The notes beneath the pieces were generated by a model. The model saw only the letters and a program-made list of their open reading frames with translations, was not told the DNA's origin and did not search any database. The position numbers were made by a program, and so were the translations under genes. This document shows, piece by piece, positions 1 through 8,580 of a DNA stretch of 64,000 nucleotides; within the stretch, counting starts at the first letter, position 1; each line of letters opens with the position of its first letter. This stretch comes from a virus (taxonomy: Duplodnaviria; Caudoviricetes). Where the stretch lies: the IMG/VR virus record IMGVR_UViG_3300008262_003210; one strand, written 5' to 3'.

Positions 1-16
1 ATTTAGGAGCAGACAC

Positions 17-1204
17 ATGGCACATGCCGACCCAATTATTGATAAAATTATTGTAGCACGAGTAGGTCTACTACTACGTCACCCTTTCTTTGGTAACTTG
101 GCTACCCGTATGCAAATTAAAGAAGCAGACGACTGGCTTCCTACTGCAGCTACTGACGGGCGCCACATATTTTTTAATCGCAAATTTTTCGAACCACTAA
201 CTGTCAAACAAGTTGAGTTCGTCATTGCTCACGAAATTCTTCATGCTGTTTTTGAACACATGACTAGAAGAGAAGGTCGTGACCCAAAAATCTTTAATAT
301 TGCCTGCGACTATGCTGTCAATGGACAAATTGTGCGCGACCGTATTGGAGACCATAATTTGCCAGATATCAAAATTTTCCATGATACAAAATATTACGGC
401 TGGTCGGCTGAACAAGTGTACGATGAAATTTACGAAAAATACGATGACGAACAATTAGCCGCTCTTGGACAAATGCTAGACGAACATCTGGATTCTGAAG
501 GCAACAACAGCAAAGATGGCCAACCTAAGTATAGCAAAGACGAGCTGAAAAAAATCCGAGACGAGATGCGCGAAGCTGTAATGCAAGCTGCACAAGCCGC
601 AGGTGCTGGCAATGTTCCTGCTAACATTGCTCGAATGATTAAAGAGCTTACAGAGCCTAAAATGAATTGGCGTGAAATGTTGCGTCAACAGATTCAAAGC
701 ATCATTAAAAACGATTATACATTCATGCGTCCTAACCGCAAGGGCTGGCATATGAGTGCAATTCTTCCAGGAACTAACTACGATGAAACAATTGATATCT
801 GCATAGCAATTGATATGAGTGGTAGTATTGGAGACGAACAGGCCAAAGATTTCTTGTCAGAGATCAAAGGCATTATGGAAGAATACAAAGACTTTAAAAT
901 TAAATTGTGGTGTTTTGATACCAGCGTTTATAATGAAGCCGATTACGATGGTTATAACATGGACGAATTTATGAACTACGAGCCAATGGGCGGCGGTGGA
1001 ACCGACTTTGATGCAAATTGGGAATATATGAAAGAACATCAAATTCAACCCAAAAAGTTTATCATGTTTACAGACGGATATCCATATGGTTCTTGGGGTG
1101 ATGAGATGTATTGCGATACACTATTCATAATTCACGGAAATAATACTATTGTTCCTCCCTGGGGAGAATATGCGTATTACGAAGAAGCCAGGGAACTTGC
1201 ATAA
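17..1204 (+). CDS. HEXXH metallopeptidase-like + VWA domain protein (DUF2201-type, usual MoxR AAA+ partner)
   Basis: N-terminal HEILH in VIAHEILHAVFEH; C-terminal MIDAS-type DMSGS plus GGGGTDF and MFTDG; AGGAG RBS at 5-9. Confidence 0.8.
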   Translation: MAHADPIIDKIIVARVGLLLRHPFFGNLATRMQIKEADDWLPTAATDGRHIFFNRKFFEPLTVKQVEFVIAHEILHAVFEHMTRREGRDPKIFNIACDYAVNGQIVRDRIGDHNLPDIKIFHDTKYYGWSAEQVYDEIYEKYDDEQLAALGQMLDEHLDSEGNNSKDGQPKYSKDELKKIRDEMREAVMQAAQAAGAGNVPANIARMIKELTEPKMNWREMLRQQIQSIIKNDYTFMRPNRKGWHMSAILPGTNYDETIDICIAIDMSGSIGDEQAKDFLSEIKGIMEEYKDFKIKLWCFDTSVYNEADYDGYNMDEFMNYEPMGGGGTDFDANWEYMKEHQIQPKKFIMFTDGYPYGSWGDEMYCDTLFIIHGNNTIVPPWGEYAYYEEARELA

Positions 1205-1491
1205 TGGCACTAAAAAACGGCAAACCAAATCCTTTAAATTATTTTAATATTAGACGGATTAGTTTTGCCGCGCCTCATTTTAAATATACAACAATAGAAA
1301 AATACAGCCCTTCTCTAATAAAAAATTTAGATGCTTGGATAAAGCATAATCTAAACAGTCGTTACTATATAGGGCAAGCACTTTCTTTAGACCATACTAA
1401 CAGTATTGTATATACTACAGAAATTGGTTTTGAATCTGAAAAAGAACTTAGCTTCTTCACGATTGCCTGTCCTTATCTCCAATTAAGATAA
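1204..1491 (+). CDS. hypothetical protein
   Basis: 95-aa ORF coupled to the upstream stop by a TAATG overlap. Confidence 0.6.
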   Translation: MALKNGKPNPLNYFNIRRISFAAPHFKYTTIEKYSPSLIKNLDAWIKHNLNSRYYIGQALSLDHTNSIVYTTEIGFESEKELSFFTIACPYLQLR

Positions 1492-1519
1492 TTATATTTG
1501 TACTTTATAAGGAGATACC

Positions 1520-1762
1520 ATGACTGAAAACGTACCAGAACAAAAAGCAGTTGAACAAGCACCTGCACAGGCGCAAGCACCTAAGCAAGATCCAAACGAG
1601 CTTACACTTAATGACTTAAATGCAATGAAAGTTATTATTGATATTGCAAGCTCAAGAGGTGCATTTAAACCAGCAGAAATGACTGTTGTTGGACAAACAT
1701 ATACAAAATTAACAACATTTTTGGAACAAGTTTCTAAACAATCCGAAAAACAAGGAGCATAA
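1520..1762 (+). CDS. hypothetical helical phage protein
   Basis: 80-aa ORF with AAGGAG RBS. Confidence 0.7.
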   Translation: MTENVPEQKAVEQAPAQAQAPKQDPNELTLNDLNAMKVIIDIASSRGAFKPAEMTVVGQTYTKLTTFLEQVSKQSEKQGA

Positions 1763-1764
1763 TT

Positions 1765-2385
1765 ATGCAATCATTAAAACACATTGGTAGAATTAAAACC
1801 ACAGGAAAAAAAGTTCTAGTAGCATACAGAACAATTCCTGGAGATGCTTATAGCGCATTAGTTGTACCAACAGAAAACTTACCAGACGAACTTCACAATG
1901 CTATTATTAATCTAGTAGAAAGCCCTGCGGCACAACAGGCATACGAGTTTGCTGAAGCATTAGATCGTACGCAATTTCCAGACGGAAGCCGTATGCTTCC
2001 TAACCTACACGGAAATGGACGTCTAGTTAAAGTAAGTACAAATCAAGTTGAAATGACTCCAACACTTAGCACATCTATCCTACTAAGTGAATTAAATCAA
2101 ATTATTGCTGAACAACGAGGAATTGCAGTCGACGAATTGCATATTAAACCTGGAAGCAACGATGTTGTACAAGTTAAAGAAGTAGCAACTGCTCGCGATT
2201 TAACTGAAACACACGATGTTAGTAAAACATCTTCTCAAAGTATAAACGAATCAGTTCAAACTTCTTTTGATAGTCCAGAATCTGAAGCAAAATTCTATCG
2301 TAGTCAAGCAGACAAGTTAGCTAAACAAGCCGCTGAATTTCGTAGAAAAGCAGAGGAGTTGGTTCCGGCCAAAAAAGCAAAGTGA
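1765..2385 (+). CDS. hypothetical protein
   Basis: 206-aa ORF packed tightly in the operon; helical C-terminus. Confidence 0.7.
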   Translation: MQSLKHIGRIKTTGKKVLVAYRTIPGDAYSALVVPTENLPDELHNAIINLVESPAAQQAYEFAEALDRTQFPDGSRMLPNLHGNGRLVKVSTNQVEMTPTLSTSILLSELNQIIAEQRGIAVDELHIKPGSNDVVQVKEVATARDLTETHDVSKTSSQSINESVQTSFDSPESEAKFYRSQADKLAKQAAEFRRKAEELVPAKKAK

Positions 2386-2702
2386 TGACCGAGGGAAGAA
2401 ATCTTCCCAAAGAAGTTGTTGATTGTTGGCCTGAAGTATTCGGAGAGGTAAAATTAAATGTTCTACCCTTACGATATTTACACGCAGTTCTTATTACATT
2501 CAAAGACGGAAAAGTTTGGGAAGTTAAAATATCAAAAGATGACCATGACAAAGGTTGGAAATCTTTAGAAGAAACTATCGGCGAGCTCTATAAAAACTAT
2601 GAAAATCGTATTGACAACATTGATTTTCGTTTAGATACACAGAGTATAAAAAAAGATATTGAACGTGGAACTCAAAAATTTTTAAGAAAGAAAAGACTAT
2701 GA
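2382..2702 (+). CDS. hypothetical protein
   Basis: 106-aa ORF overlapping both neighbours by 4 nt. Confidence 0.65.
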   Translation: MMTEGRNLPKEVVDCWPEVFGEVKLNVLPLRYLHAVLITFKDGKVWEVKISKDDHDKGWKSLEETIGELYKNYENRIDNIDFRLDTQSIKKDIERGTQKFLRKKRL

Positions 2703-3394
2703 AAGTAAAATTAATTAGTGTGAGCAAACCAAGTCAAGAAATGTTTGACGAAGGAGTAGGCGATGCTCAAGAGTTAATTGCGTTTTGTGCTAGAGTTAGC
2801 AATCCTAGCAATCAATTTAATTTAGAAACCAGTGAAAAATTAATCAGGTATCTTGTAAAGCACAAACACTGGAGTCCGTTAGAGATGGTAAGCGCCTGTT
2901 TAGAAATTGAAACTACTAGAGATATTGCTAGACAGATTTTAAGACATCGTAGTTTTTCCTTTCAAGAATTTAGTCAGCGTTATGCAGACCCAACAAAAGA
3001 AATCGGAGATGCATTTGTATTAAGAGAAGCACGATTTCAAGATACTAAAAATCGTCAAAATTCTGTTGAACTTGATATGAATGACGAACAACAACGGTTA
3101 TTGGCCTTTGAATGGGAACGTGCTCAAAAACGTGTTCTTTGGGCTGTAGAAAAAGAATACAAATGGGCTATTGAAAATGGCATTGCAAAAGAACAAGCTC
3201 GAGCAGTTTTACCAGAAGGATTAACTGTAAGTAGATTGTATATGAATGGCACACTACGCAGTTGGGTACATTTTATTGAGTTGCGTAGCGCAAATGGAAC
3301 ACAATTAGAACATCAGTTAGTGGCTAAAGAATGTGCTAAAATCATTGCAGATGTATTTCCTATGGCTAGTGAATTTGTTCAAATTGATTCTTAA
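2699..3394 (+). CDS. thyX: flavin-dependent thymidylate synthase
   Basis: ThyX motif RHRSFSFQEFSQRY; HWSPLEM; KEQARAVLP; HFIELR. Confidence 0.95.
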   Translation: MKVKLISVSKPSQEMFDEGVGDAQELIAFCARVSNPSNQFNLETSEKLIRYLVKHKHWSPLEMVSACLEIETTRDIARQILRHRSFSFQEFSQRYADPTKEIGDAFVLREARFQDTKNRQNSVELDMNDEQQRLLAFEWERAQKRVLWAVEKEYKWAIENGIAKEQARAVLPEGLTVSRLYMNGTLRSWVHFIELRSANGTQLEHQLVAKECAKIIADVFPMASEFVQIDS

Positions 3395-4046
3395 GCCATT
3401 CAAAGTCGTTAATCTTTACTAATGCCGGATTATTTCCGGCATTTTGTTCTCCGTACGCTCGGCCGGCGAGTGCGCCTTTTATTGCAAATTCACCAAAAGG
3501 TTTATCTGCACCTACACTACACCATATTTTTAATCGAGCAGATGTTTCTAAATCAACTTGACCTTCAATCACACGGCTAGCTAGTTTACAGCATTCTCTA
3601 AACCCGCTACGCCAAGCACTAAACGGATCAGTATTAAATGCAGTAATATTACTAACCTCTGTCATTGGAATAAAATAAGGACTGATACTAGTGCTCATAT
3701 CTGTATTATTAACATCCATAGCTAATGTTAATTTTTTAGGTAATAATTTAACTCCGCCGTAGCCGTATTCTAAACCATTTATTGGATTTAAACTTCTCCA
3801 AACATGCACATGATCTCTCTGATGCGTCGGTGGTTCGTAGTCAAATTTAAAAGTATCAAGTACTTGGGCATCAGCATCAACTACCCAAAACATTTCAAAA
3901 AAACTTCTTTTTGCGGCTTCTATATGAGCTTGATGTATTCCTTTTACACCGCTAACATGTTTTACAAGAGGAAATCTTTCTTTTAATTTTTGAAAATTTT
4001 CTTCTGATGTAGGTTCGTTGTAACTTATAAAAATTATCTCAAACAT
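3366..4046 (-). CDS. GT-A fold glycosyltransferase-like protein
   Basis: N-terminal IIFISYNEP strand, FWVVDADA (DxD), YGYGGVKL, AWRSGFRE; paralogue of 4039..4944. Confidence 0.65.
   Translation of the reverse strand: MFEIIFISYNEPTSEENFQKLKERFPLVKHVSGVKGIHQAHIEAAKRSFFEMFWVVDADAQVLDTFKFDYEPPTHQRDHVHVWRSLNPINGLEYGYGGVKLLPKKLTLAMDVNNTDMSTSISPYFIPMTEVSNITAFNTDPFSAWRSGFRECCKLASRVIEGQVDLETSARLKIWCSVGADKPFGEFAIKGALAGRAYGEQNAGNNPALVKINDFEWLKNQFEQIH
3421..3450 (+). terminator. rho-independent terminator of the thyX operon, lying inside the opposite-strand GT gene
   Basis: AATGCCGGA-ttatt-TCCGGCATT 9-bp stem followed by TTGTTCT, 27 nt after the thyX stop. Confidence 0.65.
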
Positions 4047-4944
4047 TTTTACGAAGTATCCTTGGAGTATTATTGTAAACTATCTTAAACATCATACTTG
4101 CTGCAGGATCCATATTAGCTATTTCTAATCCGCACTTTTCTTTTAATTCTTTACCATAAAAATTAATTTGTTCAGTTTTTGTTTCAACAGAAGCATTTTC
4201 ATAATTTTCGTTCCAGTAATTAGTTAACCAGTCAAAATCGCGTACATTAGCATAATCCCAGTCTGTACAATTAGTTAATGCAGCTCCTTCTCTTGCTCCA
4301 AGAATACTGTAAATTCCATTTTCAACATCTGCTCCTACACTACACCAAATTAACAATCTATGATAGTTTTGCCACCAGATTTTTTTGATATCGCTGACTC
4401 TTGCACCTTGATCCAATGACATCTTTACACCTTCACGAAATCCTGCTCGCCATGCTTGAAAGGGCGTTGCATTCGTGTAACTAACAGAATAGTTTTCATT
4501 AAACTGGTAATACTTGTCGTCAAAACAAAATTCAACAAGACCTTTTGTATCATTAGGATCACTGTTTTCGTGAGTACGCATGTTGTTAACAAATTTACGT
4601 GTCCACATTTTAAGGCCGCCGTTGCCATACATTAAACCATTGAGGTGAACTTTTCCGCACCAGCTAAACACATGATCTGGCGTTAATCCTAATTCTTCTA
4701 CATCTACTTCAACTTCTAAGAACTTTGGATCTACAATATTATCAGCATCAACAGTAATAAAATATTCAGTATCGCTTAATGCAGCACAGGCTTTGTGTGC
4801 GGCGTCACTGCCTTTAACACCGTGTACACGTTTTGCCCAAGGCACCTTAACACACAAATCTGCGTAATTTTTTTCAGCATTGGGCTCATCATAAGACAAA
4901 AATATAATGTCTTGTTCTATTATTTTAATTTTATCCATTAACAA
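4039..4944 (-). CDS. GT-A fold glycosyltransferase-like protein
   Basis: IIFLSYDEP, FITVDADN (DxD), YGNGGLK, AWRAGFRE; paralogue of 3366..4046. Confidence 0.65.
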   Translation of the reverse strand: MLMDKIKIIEQDIIFLSYDEPNAEKNYADLCVKVPWAKRVHGVKGSDAAHKACAALSDTEYFITVDADNIVDPKFLEVEVDVEELGLTPDHVFSWCGKVHLNGLMYGNGGLKMWTRKFVNNMRTHENSDPNDTKGLVEFCFDDKYYQFNENYSVSYTNATPFQAWRAGFREGVKMSLDQGARVSDIKKIWWQNYHRLLIWCSVGADVENGIYSILGAREGAALTNCTDWDYANVRDFDWLTNYWNENYENASVETKTEQINFYGKELKEKCGLEIANMDPAASMMFKIVYNNTPRILRKNV

Positions 4945-5509
4945 TCCTTAATCCATAACTTTTAAAAACTAATTTTGAACTGATTGAAATTTTATCTATT
5001 TTAGATTCGATACTGTGTTGAAAAGGCACAATGTACTCTAAATTAGATAATATCAAATCTTGAACATTAATAATTATAGTTCTAATTAAAAAATCAAAAT
5101 CATCTTCTAGGGTAACAAAAAAAACTAGTTTAGGAGCTGCGGCAACATTATAATAATCTTCAAATCTTGGGTCAAGTCTAATTTCCCATCTTTTTCCTGG
5201 ACCATTCCATGTTACTGTACATTCAACAGAATCACTTGTTTCTTTTATCCACTCAAACACATTATTTTTAAAAGCAAACCCATGATCACCTGCAGGTACT
5301 ATAGCAAGAACAGTTTTTCCAGAATCATCTTTTTTATATCCAATTAGATAATCCTTAAACATTAATCTACCAGTTATAAAACCTTCCGCTTCTTCAAACG
5401 AAATATTTAAACTGTTTTCAAAAGAAGGTTCTTCATAATTAGTCACACCAAGGATAGTTCCAGACTTTCTATCAAAATGTATATAATGGGATAACTTAGA
5501 CACGAGCAA
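4931..5509 (-). CDS. hypothetical protein in the GT cluster
   Basis: 192-aa ORF overlapping both neighbours. Confidence 0.6.
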   Translation of the reverse strand: MLVSKLSHYIHFDRKSGTILGVTNYEEPSFENSLNISFEEAEGFITGRLMFKDYLIGYKKDDSGKTVLAIVPAGDHGFAFKNNVFEWIKETSDSVECTVTWNGPGKRWEIRLDPRFEDYYNVAAAPKLVFFVTLEDDFDFLIRTIIINVQDLILSNLEYIVPFQHSIESKIDKISISSKLVFKSYGLRIVNG

Positions 5510-6368
5510 ATCCTTCTAGTTTTGTTATCATTTTTTTAGACATAAAGTTTTTTTCAACATAGTGAAATAATTTAGGTTGTCTTATGTTTCCTACAACTAA
5601 TTGATTTTTAGAATTCAGAACGTAAGGAACAGAATCTTGCCAACTTTCTGGTAATACTGGCCAACCTTGCAAACCTGATTTCATATGTACAAATTGTAGT
5701 GGGCAACATACATCAATTACTGTTTCATGCAATCCTGACATTTCTATTGCTATGGCTGTAGCTAAATCAAGACTCAACCAATTTTGATAACTCACCGGTG
5801 CAAATTTAGTGTAAGCCCATTCCCAGTTATTACACACAAATTCTAAAGTTTTATAAAAAGCTAGTGCATTGTCTGAGAATTTAAAATAGTGACAAGCAAC
5901 ATAAGGATTAGTTAATTTATTATCTGTAAATGCTCTGCGATATATGTCGTCGTGTTTAACAGGTTCTAGTTTATAGTTAAGAACTTGTGAACAAAATCTG
6001 AGATCAAAACGACTACAGTATTTCCACCAGTCTGAAACATCATCTAAAAAAATCATGTCTGCATCGAGGACCATTGTTTCTTTATAAGGAGTAATATGAT
6101 ACAACTTCCATCTATGCTCCGCTTTAAATGTTGTTTCAATTATATCTTTGTTTATCCAAGGAATAGGAATAATATTGTCAAAAACTTTTTTTTGTTTTGC
6201 TGTAAGTTTGTTGTTAGTAACTATGCTAACACTTTTTATTTCTTTTTGAGTAGCTTTGATACTTAGAGCGAGAGCGTATGCTTTTTCAACATAGTTGCAA
6301 TCTTCTATATTTTGAGCAAAAATTAAAAATCCTTTACTCACGTGCATCTCCCATAATTTCTCGTTCAA
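5496..6368 (-). CDS. glycosyltransferase (GT8-like/nucleotide-diphospho-sugar transferase); true start probably ~6347
   Basis: YVEKAYALALSIK, ETMVLDADMIF (DxD), QFVHMK. Confidence 0.65.
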   Translation of the reverse strand: MNEKLWEMHVSKGFLIFAQNIEDCNYVEKAYALALSIKATQKEIKSVSIVTNNKLTAKQKKVFDNIIPIPWINKDIIETTFKAEHRWKLYHITPYKETMVLDADMIFLDDVSDWWKYCSRFDLRFCSQVLNYKLEPVKHDDIYRRAFTDNKLTNPYVACHYFKFSDNALAFYKTLEFVCNNWEWAYTKFAPVSYQNWLSLDLATAIAIEMSGLHETVIDVCCPLQFVHMKSGLQGWPVLPESWQDSVPYVLNSKNQLVVGNIRQPKLFHYVEKNFMSKKMITKLEGFARV

Positions 6369-7179
6369 GACTAATTTTGTTTATAACATGAACATCAAGA
6401 TTTTCTGTTTTTGCTACAGTATACTCTCCTAGACGATCTTTTACTTGTAACAAAAATTTTAAAATTGGACCGTCTGCTGAAATTAAAATATCCCTGTCTT
6501 CAATAAAATTTAATTTTCCCGGTAACTCTACTACAAAATCGCCGTTCATTTTTCCGTTCATTATGTGAATAGCAATACTAAAAGCAAAATCATTTCTAAA
6601 ACTTTCCATATCAATATTGTATAACACTCTGAAATAGAACCAATTCTTTTTTATATAAGAAACTAAATTAAAAAAGGCTTCAACAACAGGATCTTTTTTA
6701 AAAGTAAAAACAGTAGCCCAATATAACGGTATTGAATACGGGTTCATTCGAGTATACGGAGATTGATCCCTCCACCCGGTGATATCAAAACTCTTTTTAT
6801 AAATTTGAAATGGAACGTCTCTATGAATAGCAGATTTTAGTTTGTCAGAACATATAACCATGTCGCTGTCTAAGACTAGAGTTGTATCATACGGTGTAAC
6901 ATCGTAGGCTTGAAATCTTGTTCCATTTTTCCATTCAAGTTTTTTACTGCTAAGGGTGCCATCGTAGAATAGCCTGTTCTGCGATTGTTCAACTGATACA
7001 GGTATAATTTGATCAAATGGGTGGTCTGGATAATTTTTTGTTAGCCATTCTACATTATCTGTAACTAAAGATACTGGTAAATCTAGATATTTTCTAACTC
7101 GTTTTCCACAAAACACAGCAAGTCTTGTGTAATCTATACCAGCGTTGTTGTGAGCAAATATTAATGCACCAGTTGTCAT
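6334..7179 (-). CDS. glycosyltransferase (GT8-like), paralogue of 5496..6368
   Basis: TPYDTTLVLDSDMVI (DxD), YWATVFTF, FRNDFAFSIA. Confidence 0.65.
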   Translation of the reverse strand: MTTGALIFAHNNAGIDYTRLAVFCGKRVRKYLDLPVSLVTDNVEWLTKNYPDHPFDQIIPVSVEQSQNRLFYDGTLSSKKLEWKNGTRFQAYDVTPYDTTLVLDSDMVICSDKLKSAIHRDVPFQIYKKSFDITGWRDQSPYTRMNPYSIPLYWATVFTFKKDPVVEAFFNLVSYIKKNWFYFRVLYNIDMESFRNDFAFSIAIHIMNGKMNGDFVVELPGKLNFIEDRDILISADGPILKFLLQVKDRLGEYTVAKTENLDVHVINKISLEREIMGDARE

Positions 7180-7526
7180 AGATTAACCAGATCAGCAATT
7201 TTTCTTTTTGACTTTAAATCGGCATATTTTATTGAATACTGATTTAATGCAGTCATATACTGCAATAAGATTTCATCAAAAAACTTTTGGACATCTGGAA
7301 CAACAATTGGAAAACCATTAATATCAACAAATGGTACGTCATTTGCATATCCTAGGTCAATCATACTTTTAGTAAAAGTGATTAACTCTGGGCTTATTTG
7401 AAATGTTCCGCCGTTAATGTAGTAGACTATACTTTGTTCAAATTCTTCTGCTATGATCCGACGTTGATTTGACAACGTGGACATGTAATTTGCGATTGCA
7501 AATGCTTTTTCTAAACGTTCATCCAT
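7176..7526 (-). CDS. hypothetical protein, first gene of the GT operon
   Basis: 116-aa ORF; GGAG RBS at 7534-7537 (minus strand). Confidence 0.7.
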   Translation of the reverse strand: MDERLEKAFAIANYMSTLSNQRRIIAEEFEQSIVYYINGGTFQISPELITFTKSMIDLGYANDVPFVDINGFPIVVPDVQKFFDEILLQYMTALNQYSIKYADLKSKRKIADLVNL

Positions 7527-7547
7527 AAAATAACTCCGTAGTGTAAC

Positions 7548-7576
7548 ATACTACACTACTTTAGTTATCTTGTCAA
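7548..7576 (-). promoter_or_regulatory. sigma70-type promoter for the GT operon
   Basis: minus-strand TTGACA (7571-7576), 17-nt spacer, TAGTAT (7548-7553). Confidence 0.75.
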
Positions 7577-7594
7577 GATTAAAGGGGAAGTTTT

Positions 7595-8545
7595 TTAGGC
7601 AATACCGGTAGTTGAACCAGTTACTGGAGGAACTGCAACATTTGATCCAGTAGCACGATTATACTCAACATAACTAGTTAAGGTACCGTCAACTTGCTCG
7701 TCTATACCAAACCCAGGATCTGGAGCCGATACAGGAGCAGTAGAATCATCTGCCCAAACTATGGTAAAGATAATCTTTTTCCTGTCAGTAACACTATTAA
7801 CACGAGCTAATATATAGAATTTATTCAATGCATATAGTCCAGCTGGCGGTGCATCTTTTTGGAATATAAGTGAATCAGTAGCGTTTAATGTATAAAATCC
7901 TGAGTTGATCGGAACTCCGGTTCCTGTACATATAGTTGTATTATGTCTTATTTTTATAATACCCATATTTAAAAGCATTGTTACCCATGTAGTATTTTTA
8001 TTACCAGCAATTCTAGGCACAAAATCAGAACTGAACCAAATTTCTCCGCCAGTGTTCCAAAAATATCTAGCATCGTCAGCTGTTGGCCATTCTGCTGTGA
8101 CTGTTTGTTGGACCGAAGTATTCCAAAGAGCAGATCTAATTTGATTAGGAACTAATGAAAGTTTAGAAGATTCTGTAGCGGGTGGCGGAACTGTAAGATA
8201 GTTTGTATCTGCGTCAGTTGCCATGTCTAAAAAAGCAACTCTCCAACTTTCTTTAACTTGTTCTGATGCTGCAGGAACAGGCAAATTAGTACCAGCAACA
8301 TACCCAACTTCACCTGGTGCTTTTGTACCAATAACTGTACCAGTTTGATGCTGTCTAGCTCTAACAATATCGCTTCGTAAGTTATTCCACTGAGCAAGAG
8401 TTATTTTACTATTTGTACCAACTTGTGCGCTAGATAGTGTTTGGCCGTAACCTTTGTTTCCAGTTCCAGTACCCATAACTAGGGTAATCTTCGATTGAAT
8501 AACATTATAGTCATTAGCAATAATTAACGTATTTTGTCCGGCCAT
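7595..8545 (-). CDS. putative virion structural protein (tail-associated)
   Basis: 316-aa T/G/S-rich ORF ending the fibre block, preceded by an ATAAATA late-promoter motif. Confidence 0.55.
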   Translation of the reverse strand: MAGQNTLIIANDYNVIQSKITLVMGTGTGNKGYGQTLSSAQVGTNSKITLAQWNNLRSDIVRARQHQTGTVIGTKAPGEVGYVAGTNLPVPAASEQVKESWRVAFLDMATDADTNYLTVPPPATESSKLSLVPNQIRSALWNTSVQQTVTAEWPTADDARYFWNTGGEIWFSSDFVPRIAGNKNTTWVTMLLNMGIIKIRHNTTICTGTGVPINSGFYTLNATDSLIFQKDAPPAGLYALNKFYILARVNSVTDRKKIIFTIVWADDSTAPVSAPDPGFGIDEQVDGTLTSYVEYNRATGSNVAVPPVTGSTTGIA

Positions 8546-8571
8546 TATATATCCTTATACTGTATCTCGAG

Positions 8572-8578
8572 TATTTAT
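8572..8578 (-). promoter_or_regulatory. T4-type late promoter core
   Basis: ATAAATA on the minus strand, 26 nt upstream of the start at 8545. Confidence 0.6.
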
Positions 8579-8580
8579 TT

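Noticed and set aside
1492-1770. Short antisense or nested ORFs across the track (e.g. 1492..1770, 38296..38805, 50873..51271)
   Set aside because: They lie opposite or inside well-supported genes and lack RBSs and motifs.
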